Positions 27,451 through 37,605 of a DNA stretch of 64,000 bases are shown here, one piece after another. The notes beneath the pieces were generated by a model. The model saw only the letters and a program-made list of their open reading frames with translations, was not told the origin of the DNA and did not search any database. This stretch comes from Candidatus Segetimicrobium genomatis. GTDB taxonomy: Bacteria > Sysuimicrobiota > Sysuimicrobiia > Sysuimicrobiales > Segetimicrobiaceae. The stretch lies in assembly GCA_005882275.1 (NCBI GenBank), contig VBAK01000137.1:5363-69362 (forward strand), read 5' to 3'. Made by a program: the position numbers and the translations under genes. Within the stretch, counting starts at the first letter, position 1. Every line of letters begins with the position of its first letter.

Positions 27451-28986
27451 ATGGACGAACGAATCCGGATCTTTGACACCACCCTCCGGGACGGCGAGCA
27501 GTCTCCTGGGTTCACCATGAACACCGAGGAGAAGCTCGAGGTCGCCCGGGCGCTGGCGGCGATGCGGGTGGACGTGATCGAAGCCGGATTCCCGATCAGC
27601 AGCCGGGGGGACCTGGAGGGCGTCCAGTTGATCGCCCGGGAGGTGCGGGGCGCTACGATCGCCGGCCTGGCCCGCGCCAACCGCGCCGATATCGATGCGG
27701 TGGTCGAGGGGATCCGTGAGGCGGAGCGGCCGCGCATCCACACCTTCATCGCCACGTCCCCGATCCACATGGAGCACAAGCTCCGGATGACACCCGACGA
27801 GGTGTACGAGGCCACGGTCGACGCCGTGCGCCACGCGCGGCGGTTCGCGGCCGACGTGGAGTTCTCCGCCGAGGACGCCAGCCGGTCGGACCCCGAGTTC
27901 CTCTGCCGGGTGTTCGATGGGGCGATTGCGGCGGGGGCGGGTACGATCAACGTCCCCGACACCGTCGGCTACGCCACCCCGGAGGAGTATGCGGCGCTGA
28001 TCCGGTCGCTGATCGAGCGGATCCCCAACAGCGACAAGGTGGTCTGGAGCGTGCACTGCCACGACGATCTCGGGCTGGCCGTGGCCAATTCGCTCGCGGC
28101 CGTGCAGGCGGGGGCCCGCCAGGTTGAATGCACGGTGAACGGGATCGGCGAACGGGCCGGCAACGCGTCCCTCGAGGAGATCGTGATGGCGCTGCACACG
28201 CGCCGCAACTACTACCGGCACGAGACGGCGATCGACACGACGAAGATCTACCGCACGAGCCGCCTGATCAGCGCGATCACCGGGATCCCCGTCCAGCCCA
28301 ACAAAGCCGTGGTGGGCGACAACGCCTTCGCCCACGAGGCCGGGATCCATCAGCACGGCGTGCTGGCGAATCGCGAGACCTACGAGATCATGACCCCGGA
28401 GACGATCGGCGTCCCCGGCAACAAACTGGTCCTCGGCAAGCACTCCGGCCGCCACGCCCTCAAGAACCTCCTGGAAACCAACGGGGTGCATCCGTCGGAA
28501 GCGGAGCTGCAGCGGATCTTCGAAGAGTTCAAGGCGCTGTGCGACAAGAAGAAGCAGGTGACGACCGAGGAGATCCTGGCCCTGGTGGAGGGAGAGCTGC
28601 GCACCGTTCCCCACACCTACGCACTCATGTCCTTCCACATCTCGACGAGCAGCACGCTCCCGCCGAAGGCGTCGATCACGCTGATGCGCGGACGCGAGCT
28701 GGTCACCCAGGAGGCCACCGGGGACGGCCCCGTGGACGCCTTGTACAACGCGATCAATAGAATCGTCGGCCTGACTCCGTCGCTTGCCGACTATGCCATC
28801 AAGGCGGTGACCGGCGGGACCGACGCGGTGGCGGAGGCCACGGTGAAGGTCCGGGACGGGGACGGGCTCTTCATCGGGCGCGGGACGAGCACGGACGTGA
28901 TCGAAGCCAGCACGAAGGCGTACCTGGTGGCGGTCAACAGGATCGTCCACGAGCGCCAGCACTGGATGACCGACGTGTACGGGTAA
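27451..28986 (+). CDS. leuA: 2-isopropylmalate synthase
   Basis: [50 protein letters not shown]. Confidence 0.96.
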   Translation: MDERIRIFDTTLRDGEQSPGFTMNTEEKLEVARALAAMRVDVIEAGFPISSRGDLEGVQLIAREVRGATIAGLARANRADIDAVVEGIREAERPRIHTFIATSPIHMEHKLRMTPDEVYEATVDAVRHARRFAADVEFSAEDASRSDPEFLCRVFDGAIAAGAGTINVPDTVGYATPEEYAALIRSLIERIPNSDKVVWSVHCHDDLGLAVANSLAAVQAGARQVECTVNGIGERAGNASLEEIVMALHTRRNYYRHETAIDTTKIYRTSRLISAITGIPVQPNKAVVGDNAFAHEAGIHQHGVLANRETYEIMTPETIGVPGNKLVLGKHSGRHALKNLLETNGVHPSEAELQRIFEEFKALCDKKKQVTTEEILALVEGELRTVPHTYALMSFHISTSSTLPPKASITLMRGRELVTQEATGDGPVDALYNAINRIVGLTPSLADYAIKAVTGGTDAVAEATVKVRDGDGLFIGRGTSTDVIEASTKAYLVAVNRIVHERQHWMTDVYG

Positions 28987-28990
28987 ACGC

Positions 28991-30568
28991 GTGGCCGCCG
29001 GGCGCATCGCCCTGTACGACACGACTCTCCGGGACGGCACCCAGGGGGCCGGGATCACCCTGTCCGCGCAGGACAAGCTCAGGATCGCCGAGCGCCTGGA
29101 CGAGTTTGGCATCGATTATATAGAGGGCGGCTGGCCGGGGAGCAACCCCAAGGACCTGGAGTTCTTCGCGCAGGCGCGATCCCGCCCATGGCGGCACGCC
29201 AGGATCACCGCGTTCGGGAGCACCCGGCGGGCCGGGGTCGCGCCGGAGCAGGACGACAATCTGCGGATGATCCTCGCGGCCGGCACCCCCGCGGCGGCGG
29301 TGTTCGGGAAATCGTGGGACCTCCACGTGCGCGAGGCGCTGCGGACGTCCCTGGACGAGAACCTCAGGATGATCGAGGACTCGGTCCGGTACCTCAAGAG
29401 CCGGGGTCTGGAGGTCATCTACGACGCGGAGCATTACTTCGACGGGTGGAAGGCCAACCCGGAGTATGCGCTGGCCACCCTGGCCGCGGCCCGGCGGGGC
29501 GGAGCCGACGTGGTGGTCCTCTGCGATACGAACGGCGGCAGCCTGCCCTTCGACATCCGGGATGGGGTGAAGGCCGCGCAGGGCGCCGGCCCCTTGGGCA
29601 TCCATACGCACAACGACAGCGACGTCGGGGTCGCCAACGCGATCGTGGCGGTGCGTGCGGGGGCCGTCCACGTGCAGGGGACGATCAACGGGATCGGCGA
29701 ACGCTGCGGCAACGCCAACCTGATCTCCCTCATCCCAAACTTACAGCTGAAGCTGGGGTACGAGTGCGTGCCCGCCGCCTCGCTGCGCCGGCTGGGGGAA
29801 CTCTCCCGGATCGTGAGCGAGCTGGCCAACATGGCGCCCAACGAGTACCAGGCGTTCGTGGGCAAGAACGCCTTCGCCCACAAGGGCGGGGTCCACGTCA
29901 GCGCCGTCATCGCGCACCCCCCGACGTATGAGCACATCCCGCCGGAAGCGGTCGGCAACGAGCGCCGCGTGGTGGTGAGCGACCTCTCGGGCCGGGGCAA
30001 CGTGCTCTACAAGGCCGAGGAGATGGGCCTGGACCTCAGCAAGGACAGCCCGCAGGTCCGGGAGATCCTGGCGCGGCTCAAGGAGCTGGAGCATGCCGGT
30101 TTTCAGTTCGAAGGCGCGGAGGCGTCGTTCGAGCTCCTGGTGCGCCGCACCATGGGTCAGCACCGTCCCGCGTTCACGCTCAAGGGGCTGCGCGTGATGG
30201 TCGAGAAGGGGCCGCACGGCGCCGCCGCGGCGGAGGCGAGCATTCGCGTCGCCGTGGACGGTCAGGAGGAGCATACCGCCGCGGAGGGCAACGGTCCCGT
30301 GCACGCGCTCGACCGGGCGCTCAGGAAGGCGCTGGAGCGCTTCTACCCCGAGATCCGCCAGGTCCGCCTGGTCGACTACAAGGTGCGGGTGCTGGACGCC
30401 GATGCCGCGACCGCGGCCAAGGTCCGCGTGCTGATCCAGTCGACGGACGGCCGGCGGACGTGGGGGACGGTGGGCGTCTCGGAGAACGTGGTCGAGGCGT
30501 CCTGGCAGGCGCTCGTGGACAGCCTGGAGTACGTCCTCTTGGGCGAGCGGGCCGGCGTGGCTCCTTGA
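28991..30568 (+). CDS. cimA: Citramalate synthase
   Basis: [70 protein letters not shown]. Confidence 0.92.
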   Translation: MAAGRIALYDTTLRDGTQGAGITLSAQDKLRIAERLDEFGIDYIEGGWPGSNPKDLEFFAQARSRPWRHARITAFGSTRRAGVAPEQDDNLRMILAAGTPAAAVFGKSWDLHVREALRTSLDENLRMIEDSVRYLKSRGLEVIYDAEHYFDGWKANPEYALATLAAARRGGADVVVLCDTNGGSLPFDIRDGVKAAQGAGPLGIHTHNDSDVGVANAIVAVRAGAVHVQGTINGIGERCGNANLISLIPNLQLKLGYECVPAASLRRLGELSRIVSELANMAPNEYQAFVGKNAFAHKGGVHVSAVIAHPPTYEHIPPEAVGNERRVVVSDLSGRGNVLYKAEEMGLDLSKDSPQVREILARLKELEHAGFQFEGAEASFELLVRRTMGQHRPAFTLKGLRVMVEKGPHGAAAAEASIRVAVDGQEEHTAAEGNGPVHALDRALRKALERFYPEIRQVRLVDYKVRVLDADAATAAKVRVLIQSTDGRRTWGTVGVSENVVEASWQALVDSLEYVLLGERAGVAP

Positions 30569-31647
30569 GCGCCGCCCGCCCGCGGCGGATCGCCGTCATC
30601 CCGGGGGACGGCATCGGCCGGGAGGTCATCGCCGAGGCCGTTCGCGTGCTGGCCGAGGTCGATCGGCGGCATGAGCTCGGCCTGGAGTTCGAGGAAGGGC
30701 TCGCCGGGGGCGCGGCCATCGACGCCGTTGGGCATCCCATCCCCCCGAAGACCGTTGAGCTCTGCCGGCGGTCCGATGCGATCCTGCTGGGGGCCTGCGG
30801 CGGTCCAAAATGGGACCGCGGCCCGCGGGAGCTCCGGCCGGAGCAGGCGCTGTTCACCCTGCGCAAGACGTTTGGGCTCTACGCGAACCTGCGCCCGGCG
30901 ATCGTCCCCCCGATGCTCCTCGGCGCCTCTCCGCTCAGGCGCGAGATCGTCGAGGGTGCCGACCTCCTCATCGTACGGGAGCTCACGGGCGGTCTCTACT
31001 TCGGGGCGCAGTCCCGGACCGGGGAGCGGGAGCATGCCGCCGCGCTGGACACGCTGCCGTACTCGGCCGTCGAGGTCCGCCGGGTCGTGCGCAAGGCGTG
31101 CGAGATCGCCCGCCGGCGGCCCCGCCGCAAGGTCACCTCGGTGGACAAGGCCAACGTCCTCGAGACCTCCCGCCTCTGGCGCGAGGTCGCGACCGAAGTC
31201 GCGCGGGAGTTTTCGGATCTCACGGTCGAGCACATGCTGGTCGACAACTGCGCCCTGCAGCTGGTCTACAACCCCAAGCAGTTCGACGTCATTGTGACCG
31301 AGAACATGTTCGGGGACATTCTGAGCGACGAGGCCGCGGGCGTGATGGGCTCGCTCGGGCTGATGCCGTCCGCGAGCCTGGGCGACCGGCCGCCCGGGCT
31401 CTTCGAGCCGGTGCACGGCACCGCGCCGGACATCGCCGGCAAGGGCATCGCGAACCCGCTCGCGGCGATCCTGACCACGGCGCTCCTGTTGCGCTACGGC
31501 CTGGGCCAGGAGGCGCCCGCCGCGGCGATCGAGGCCGCGGTCCTCCAGGCGCTGCAGGACGGATGCCGGACCGCCGACCTCGCCGGGGGGCGGCCCGCGC
31601 TCGGCACGGCGGCGATGACCGACGCGGTGCTCGCCCGCCTGCACTGA
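30565..31647 (+). CDS. leuB: 3-isopropylmalate dehydrogenase
   Basis: [54 protein letters not shown]; TTG start overlapping the cimA stop. Confidence 0.96.
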   Translation: MSAARPRRIAVIPGDGIGREVIAEAVRVLAEVDRRHELGLEFEEGLAGGAAIDAVGHPIPPKTVELCRRSDAILLGACGGPKWDRGPRELRPEQALFTLRKTFGLYANLRPAIVPPMLLGASPLRREIVEGADLLIVRELTGGLYFGAQSRTGEREHAAALDTLPYSAVEVRRVVRKACEIARRRPRRKVTSVDKANVLETSRLWREVATEVAREFSDLTVEHMLVDNCALQLVYNPKQFDVIVTENMFGDILSDEAAGVMGSLGLMPSASLGDRPPGLFEPVHGTAPDIAGKGIANPLAAILTTALLLRYGLGQEAPAAAIEAAVLQALQDGCRTADLAGGRPALGTAAMTDAVLARLH

Positions 31648-31712
31648 TCGTTTTCAGAAGTCCCACGGATATGCTGCGCCGGATCCGAACCACCGGCGAG
31701 AGGGTGGGTCGC

Positions 31713-32063
31713 GTGGGCAATCCAAAACTTCGGAGTCCGCTGGCCGATCATCTCTTTCGGGCGGTCCTGCAGCTCCGCACGGTGGAAGAGTGCTACCGGT
31801 TCTTCGAGGACCTCTGCACCATCGGCGAGGTCAAGGCCCTGGCCCAGCGCTTCGAGGTCGCCCGGATGCTGGATGCGGGAAAGACGTACGACGAGATTGC
31901 CGCGCGAACCGGGGCGTCCTCGGCGACGATCAGCCGCGTCGGCCGCTTCCTCGATTACGGCGCGGATGGGTACGCGCTCGTGCTGAAGCGCATGGCAGGC
32001 GTGGCGGCCTCCGAGACCCGAAGACGGGACCGGCAGGGGCGCCGCAGGCGGCGCGGGGCGTGA
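31713..32063 (+). CDS. yerC: YerC/YecD TrpR-like regulator (HisR)
   Basis: LFRAVLQLRTVEECYRFFEDLCTIGEVKALAQRFEVARML...TYDEIAARTGASSATISRV...YGADGY. Start is GTG 31713 or ATG 31671. Confidence 0.92.
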   Translation: MGNPKLRSPLADHLFRAVLQLRTVEECYRFFEDLCTIGEVKALAQRFEVARMLDAGKTYDEIAARTGASSATISRVGRFLDYGADGYALVLKRMAGVAASETRRRDRQGRRRRRGA

Positions 32064-32455
32064 TCCGGCCCGCGGCTCTCGTGCTCCTGGCGTGTCTGTG
32101 CCTGGCGGCGGGGGCCGGGGCGGAGACGCTGGACGACCGGGTGTACGCGGTGGCCCGCCAGCTCATGTGTCCCGTCTGCGTGGGGCAGACGGTGGCCGAA
32201 AGCGACTCTCAGCTTGCGCGCGAGATGAAGGCGATCATCCGCCAGAAACTGGAGGCGGGGGAGACCCCGGGTCACATCCTCGACTACTTCGTGGGGCAGT
32301 TCGGAGAGCGCGTGCTGGCCGAACCCCGCGCCGGGGGCGCGGCGTTCTTCCTCTATGCGGGACCACCGCTGGCGCTGATCATCGGCGTGGGGATCGTCGC
32401 GGTCTACATCCGCCGGTGGCGGAGGTCGGGGCAGCATGGCGCCGATCGCGCCTGA
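32060..32455 (+). CDS. ccmH: Cytochrome c biogenesis CcmH/CycL-like protein
   Basis: Signal peptide, LMCPVCVGQTVAESDS.LA.EM, YFVGQFGERVL, C-terminal TM. Confidence 0.85.
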   Translation: MIRPAALVLLACLCLAAGAGAETLDDRVYAVARQLMCPVCVGQTVAESDSQLAREMKAIIRQKLEAGETPGHILDYFVGQFGERVLAEPRAGGAAFFLYAGPPLALIIGVGIVAVYIRRWRRSGQHGADRA

Positions 32456-33695
32456 ATGGTTGATCGTCCGCGCGTCCCGCCTGATCGATGGGACGGACGC
32501 TCCGTCCATCGACCGCCCCACCGTGGTCGTGCGCCGGGGGGTGGTCGACGCCATCTATGCCGGCTCCGCTCCGCGCGGGAACTGGCCCGCGGACGCTCCC
32601 GAGCTTGACCTGACCGGCCACACGCTCTTGCCGGGCCTGATCGACGCCCATGTCCACCTTGTGCTGCCGGGCGACGGGACCCCGTTTGAGGATTCCGTGC
32701 GGGAACCGGACGGGGTGTTGCTGGCGACCGCCATACGCAATGCGCAAATTGCGCTCCGCGCGGGGATCACAACGCTCCGAGACTGCGGAGGGATGCGCGA
32801 CACGACGCTTGAGTTGCGGCGGGCGCAGCGCCTCGGCTATGCCGTCATCCCCCGGCTGCGCCTGTGTCGCTGTCCTCTCACCATCACAGGCGGCCATTGC
32901 TGGTACTTCGGCGGCGAAGCCGACGGCCCCGAGGAGATGCGCCGCGTCGTGCGTGGGCTGGTGAAGGCGGGGGTGGACTACATCAAGATCATGGGCAGCG
33001 GCGGTGGGACCCTCGGCACCTACGCGTCGCGCCCATCATACACGATCGAGGAGCTCAGCGCTGCCGTCGAGGAAGCGCACCGGCTCGACCGCCGCGTCGG
33101 CATCCACTGCACCTGTGCTCAGGCGACCCGGAATGCCATCGCCGCGGGGGCAGACCACATTGAGCACGCGATGTTCCTCGCCGACGAGGAGGGGCATCAG
33201 CGGTTCGAGGCGGACGTCGCCGATGCGGTGGCGCAGCGGGACGCCGCGGTCACATCGACCCTGTGCGTGGGCCATTTCCTGGTCGAGGCGCTCTCGGCGA
33301 GGGAGGGGACGCCGGACGCCCGCTCCGCCGTAGAGCGGTGGCGGCGGATGAACGACAGCAACGTGGACAACGCCCGCCGCATGCGGCAGGCCGGCGTCCG
33401 CTACGTCGCCGGGACCGACGCCGGCTGGCGCTTCACGCCGTTCGATGGCCTGGTGACCGAACTCGAGCTCCTGCGCCGGACTGGTGCGACCGCGGCCGAG
33501 GCGATCGTTGCGGCGACGTCGGCGGCGGCCGCGGCGATGGGCATCGCCGGCGAGGTGGGCGCCCTCCGGGCAGGCCTGCAGGCGGATCTCATCGCCGTCG
33601 CCGGCGATCCGCTCGCAGATCTGGCGGTCCTGCGCCATCCCGCGATGGTCATGCTCGGCGGCGCGGTCGTCGCGCGGAACGGGCACCCCGTTTGA
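32436..33695 (+). CDS. Metal-dependent amidohydrolase (Xaa-Pro dipeptidase-like)
   Basis: PGLIDAHVHL, IKIMGSGG, GIHC, IEHA, AGTDAG, ADLIAVAGDPL. Confidence 0.9.
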   Translation: MAPIAPEWLIVRASRLIDGTDAPSIDRPTVVVRRGVVDAIYAGSAPRGNWPADAPELDLTGHTLLPGLIDAHVHLVLPGDGTPFEDSVREPDGVLLATAIRNAQIALRAGITTLRDCGGMRDTTLELRRAQRLGYAVIPRLRLCRCPLTITGGHCWYFGGEADGPEEMRRVVRGLVKAGVDYIKIMGSGGGTLGTYASRPSYTIEELSAAVEEAHRLDRRVGIHCTCAQATRNAIAAGADHIEHAMFLADEEGHQRFEADVADAVAQRDAAVTSTLCVGHFLVEALSAREGTPDARSAVERWRRMNDSNVDNARRMRQAGVRYVAGTDAGWRFTPFDGLVTELELLRRTGATAAEAIVAATSAAAAAMGIAGEVGALRAGLQADLIAVAGDPLADLAVLRHPAMVMLGGAVVARNGHPV

Positions 33696-33758
33696 CACCC
33701 GGCCCGGACGTGTGTTATGCTGAACTTCACTACTTTATCGGTTTAGCGTGATAAAGGA
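33692..33758 (+). promoter_or_regulatory. his operon promoter and candidate HisR operator
   Basis: TTGACA(33692-33697)-N18-TATGCT with extended TG; TTTA-N6-TAAA palindrome at 33742-33755 overlapping the AAGGAG SD. Confidence 0.75.
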
Positions 33759-33769
33759 GCCGGTCGGGT

Positions 33770-35050
33770 ATGGCGCGGCGTGAGCGGTGGCAGCAGCTTC
33801 CTCCCGGGATGCGGGATCTCCTGGCCGATGAGTCGGCCCGGGCGCGGGCGGTCACCGGCCGCATCCTGTCCTGCATGCGCCGGTGGGGCTACCGGGAAGT
33901 GGTGACCCCGACGATCGAGTACTTCGACACCCTCGTGCGCGGGGAGGGGACGGAAGCCGGGGACCGGCTGTTCAAGCTGGTGGATCGCGGCGGCGAGTTG
34001 CTCGCGCTTCGCCCCGAGATGACGACCCCGGTGGCCCGGCTGGTGACCACCCACCTGCGCGGCCGGCCGCTGCCGCTGCGGCTCGCCTATGCCGGGCAGG
34101 TGTTCCGGGGCTCGGAAACCGGCTCGGGACGTCTGCGGGAGTTCCCGCAGGTGGGGTGTGAGCTGATCGGGGCGGACACCCTCGAGGCCGATGCCGAGAT
34201 CGTCGCCCTCGCGGTCGATGCCCTCGCCGCCTCCGGCGCGGCGGAGTGTTCGGTCAGCCTGGGCCACGTCGGTTTCCTTCGGGGGATGCTCGAGGGGCTG
34301 GGCCTGCCGGAGGAGGGAGCGCTCGAGGCGCGCGCCCTCCTGTACCAGAAGGACTTCGTCGGACTCCGCGCGGTGCTCGATCGCGCCGGGGCGCCGGCGG
34401 CGCGCGGCGAAGCCCTGACGGCCCTGCCGGGACTCCGCGGTCCGCAGGCGATCCGGGAAGCGCGGCGGCTGGCCGACACGGCGGAGAGCCGCCGGGTGCT
34501 GCGCGATCTCGAAACCCTCATCGGCATCCTGGAGACGTACGGCGTGGGCGGCGGGGTGAAGGTGGACCTCAGCATCATCCGGGACTTCGATTACTACACC
34601 GGCATCGTGTTCGAAGGGCACACCGCCGCGCTGGGCTTTCCGCTGCTGGGCGGCGGGCGGTATGACCGGTTGTTCGAAGGATTCGGGGCGCCGCACGCCG
34701 CGACCGGGTTCGCGGTGCGGGTCGACCGGGCGCTGGCCGCGTCCGCCGGCGGGGACGGCGGGGGGGAGGCGCCCGATGTGGCGGTGGCCTTCGCCGACGG
34801 CGCCCGCGGCGAGGCGCTGCGGCTGGCCCGGTCGCTCCGGCAGCAGGACCTGTCCGTGACCGTGGAGATCCTCGGGCGTCCGTGGGACGAGGTGGCGCGG
34901 GGGGCGCTCGCGGCCGGCGCCCCGCGGGCGGTGCTGGTCACAGGCAGCCGGGCCGTGGTGCGGGAGGCCGACGGCCGGGAGCGCTCCGCCGCGCTGGCGG
35001 ATCTGCTCCGCGGGGGCCCGGGGCACGGAGGCGGACCGTGCCCCTCGTGA
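33770..35050 (+). CDS. hisZ: ATP phosphoribosyltransferase regulatory subunit
   Basis: PPGMRDLL, ALRPEMT, REFPQVGCELIG, DFDYYTG, GGGRYD, ATGFA. Confidence 0.95.
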   Translation: MARRERWQQLPPGMRDLLADESARARAVTGRILSCMRRWGYREVVTPTIEYFDTLVRGEGTEAGDRLFKLVDRGGELLALRPEMTTPVARLVTTHLRGRPLPLRLAYAGQVFRGSETGSGRLREFPQVGCELIGADTLEADAEIVALAVDALAASGAAECSVSLGHVGFLRGMLEGLGLPEEGALEARALLYQKDFVGLRAVLDRAGAPAARGEALTALPGLRGPQAIREARRLADTAESRRVLRDLETLIGILETYGVGGGVKVDLSIIRDFDYYTGIVFEGHTAALGFPLLGGGRYDRLFEGFGAPHAATGFAVRVDRALAASAGGDGGGEAPDVAVAFADGARGEALRLARSLRQQDLSVTVEILGRPWDEVARGALAAGAPRAVLVTGSRAVVREADGRERSAALADLLRGGPGHGGGPCPS

Positions 35051-35691
35051 CGGTGGCCGTGGCGTCCGGACGGCTGCTCGACGACTCGATGCGCACGCTC
35101 GAGGCCGCCGGGTATCTGACCGCGGCCGCGTGGCGGTCGACCCGCCGCCTGATCCTCCCCTGCAGGGAGCCGGACGTCCGGGTCCTGATCGCCAAGCCCG
35201 GGGATCTGCTGACGTACGTCGAGCACGGGGCCGCCGATCTCGGCATCGCCGGGAAGGACGTGCTGCTGGAGCAGGGGCGCGACGTCTACGAACTGGTCGA
35301 TCTCGGGTTCGGCGCCTGCCGGGGCGTGGTGGCGTTCCCCGAGGCGCGGGCGGCGGAGTGGGAGTCGCTGAGCCCGATCCGGATCGCGACGAAGTACCCG
35401 CGCGTGACCGAGCGCCACTTCTGGGGCCAGGGGCGGCCGGTGGAAATCATCGAGCTGCGCGGCACGGTCGAGCTCGCGCCCCAGGTGGGCCTGGCCGACG
35501 GCATCCTCGATCTCGTGATGACCGGCCGCACGCTGGCGGCGAACCACCTGGTCGAGGTCGCGGAGGTGTTCCGGTCCACCGCCCGCCTGGTCGTCAACCG
35601 GATGAGCCTGCGGACCCGCGCGGAGGCGGTGCAGGCGGTCGTGGAGCGGATGCGGGCCGCGGCCGCAGCGCGGGACCCGTCGTCGGTGTAG
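35047..35691 (+). CDS. hisG: ATP phosphoribosyltransferase, short form
   Basis: ADLGIAGKDVLLE, DLGFGAC, IATKYP, GTVELAP, DLVMTGRTL; lacks the C-terminal regulatory domain. Confidence 0.95.
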   Translation: MTVAVASGRLLDDSMRTLEAAGYLTAAAWRSTRRLILPCREPDVRVLIAKPGDLLTYVEHGAADLGIAGKDVLLEQGRDVYELVDLGFGACRGVVAFPEARAAEWESLSPIRIATKYPRVTERHFWGQGRPVEIIELRGTVELAPQVGLADGILDLVMTGRTLAANHLVEVAEVFRSTARLVVNRMSLRTRAEAVQAVVERMRAAAAARDPSSV

Positions 35692-35707
35692 AGGGAGAGG
35701 TCGCCGC

Positions 35708-37018
35708 ATGGAGATCCAGCGGTTGAGCCAGGTGGCCCCCGAGCGGCTGCGGCAGATCCTGCAGCGGTCGCGGGCCGAGGTGTTCGACGACGAGCGCGCG
35801 GCGCACGTGCGCGGCATTGTCGAGGACGTGCGGCGGCGCGGCGATGCGGCCATCGTGGAGCACACGCAGCGGCACGACGGCGTCGCCCTCTCGCCGGACC
35901 GGCTCCGGGTGGACCGGCAGGAAGTGACCCGGGCGTACGACGCGCTGGACGACGGGCTGCGCACGGCGCTGGCGACCAGCATCGAGCGGGCCCGGCGGTA
36001 CAACGAGTGGCTCCGCCCCCCCGCGCTCCAGCTCGAGGAGATGGAAGCCGGCCTCACGGCCGGCGTGAAGTTCACGCCGGTGGAGGGCGTGGGGGTGTAC
36101 ATTCCCAGCGGCAAGGGCGCGTTTCCGTCCACGTGCATCACCCTGGTCACCCCGGCGGTCGTCGCCGGCGTCGAGGAGATCGCCGTGGTCCTTCCGCCGC
36201 GCAGGGACGGCAGCGCCGACCCCGCGGTGCTCGTGGCCGCCGATCTGCTGGGGGTGTCGCAGGTGTTTCGCTGCAACGGCGTGGCGGGCATCGCCGGGCT
36301 GGCGTTCGGGACGGCGACGCTGCCTCGCGTGCCGCTGCTCGGCGGACCCGGCAATCCCTACGTCACGGCCGCCCAGATGGCCGTGCAGGCCCACGGGGTG
36401 CGGCTGCTCTCCTTCCTCGGCCCCACGGAGTCGATGATCATCGCCGACGCGTCGGCCGATCCCGACCGCCTCGCGCTCGATCTCCTCAACGAGGCCGAGC
36501 ACGGGACGGATTCCGCGGTGATCCTCTTGACGGCCGCGGAGGGGGTGGCGGCCGAGGTCGTGGAGCGCCTGCCGCGGTATCTGGCGCAGCTGCCCGCGCG
36601 GCGGCGCGAGTTTGCCGAGGCCGCGTTGAGCCGCTACGGCGGCGCGTTCGTGACCGACACCCTCGAGGAGGCCGTGGCGTTTGCGAACCTCTACGCGCCC
36701 GAGCACCTCCAGATTGCCACCCGCGATCCGTATGCGCTTCTCGAGCGGATCCGGAACGCCGGCGAGGTCCTCCTCGGCCAGGACACGCCGTTTTCCGCGG
36801 GCAACTACGCGATCGGCGTCCCGGCGGCGCTGCCGACCGGCGGGTTCGCGCGGGTGGCGTCGGGTGTGACGGTCCTCAGCTATCTGAAGGCGACCTCGGT
36901 GGCGCGCCTCGATGCCGCAGGGCTGGCCCGCGTCCGGCCGGTGGTGGAGCGGCTCGGGGAGTACGAGGATTTTCCGGCCCACGTCCTGGCGGTCCGGGAG
37001 CGGGGGGAGCCCGGATGA
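35708..37018 (+). CDS. hisD: Histidinol dehydrogenase (divergent active site)
   Basis: GVYIPSG, GPGNPYV, GPTE, EAEH, APEHL, LPTGG; position in the his operon. Confidence 0.85.
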   Translation: MEIQRLSQVAPERLRQILQRSRAEVFDDERAAHVRGIVEDVRRRGDAAIVEHTQRHDGVALSPDRLRVDRQEVTRAYDALDDGLRTALATSIERARRYNEWLRPPALQLEEMEAGLTAGVKFTPVEGVGVYIPSGKGAFPSTCITLVTPAVVAGVEEIAVVLPPRRDGSADPAVLVAADLLGVSQVFRCNGVAGIAGLAFGTATLPRVPLLGGPGNPYVTAAQMAVQAHGVRLLSFLGPTESMIIADASADPDRLALDLLNEAEHGTDSAVILLTAAEGVAAEVVERLPRYLAQLPARRREFAEAALSRYGGAFVTDTLEEAVAFANLYAPEHLQIATRDPYALLERIRNAGEVLLGQDTPFSAGNYAIGVPAALPTGGFARVASGVTVLSYLKATSVARLDAAGLARVRPVVERLGEYEDFPAHVLAVRERGEPG

Positions 37019-37605
37019 GCCGCGTCGGCCGCCTGGCGCGCGCGACGACGGAAACGAGCACCGACGTGGTCTGGGAGCTGGACGGCGCCGGGCGCTTTGC
37101 GGGCACCACGCGGCTGCCGTTCTTCGACCACATGCTCGCCCAGCTGGCCCGCCACGGGCGGTTTGATCTGAGCGTCAACGCGGCCGGAGACCTCGAGGTC
37201 GACGCGCACCACACCGTGGAGGATGTGGGCATCGCCCTGGGACGGGCGCTGCGCGACGCGCTCGGGGAGGGGGCCGGGATCTTCCGCTACGCCTCCGAGT
37301 ATGCGCCGCTGGACGAGGCCTTGGTGCTGGCGGTCGTCGACGTGAGCGGGAGGGCCTACCTGCACTACGCCGTCCCGGTGGTCCGCCAGCGGCTGGGCGA
37401 CTACGACACCGACCTCACCGAGGAGTTCTTCCGCGCCTTCACGATGAACGCCGGGATTACGCTGCACCTCCTGCTCATCCACGGGCGGAACGCGCACCAC
37501 ATCATCGAGGCGGCCTTCAAAGCCACGGCGCTCGCGCTGGACCGGGCGACGCGGATGGACCCGCGGGTGCAGGGGGTCCCCTCGACCAAAGGGACCCTCG
37601 CATGA
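37015..37605 (+). CDS. hisB: Imidazoleglycerol-phosphate dehydratase (monofunctional)
   Basis: FFDHML, DAHHTVED, PLDEAL, NAHHIIEA, PSTKG. Confidence 0.96.
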   Translation: MSRVGRLARATTETSTDVVWELDGAGRFAGTTRLPFFDHMLAQLARHGRFDLSVNAAGDLEVDAHHTVEDVGIALGRALRDALGEGAGIFRYASEYAPLDEALVLAVVDVSGRAYLHYAVPVVRQRLGDYDTDLTEEFFRAFTMNAGITLHLLLIHGRNAHHIIEAAFKATALALDRATRMDPRVQGVPSTKGTLA

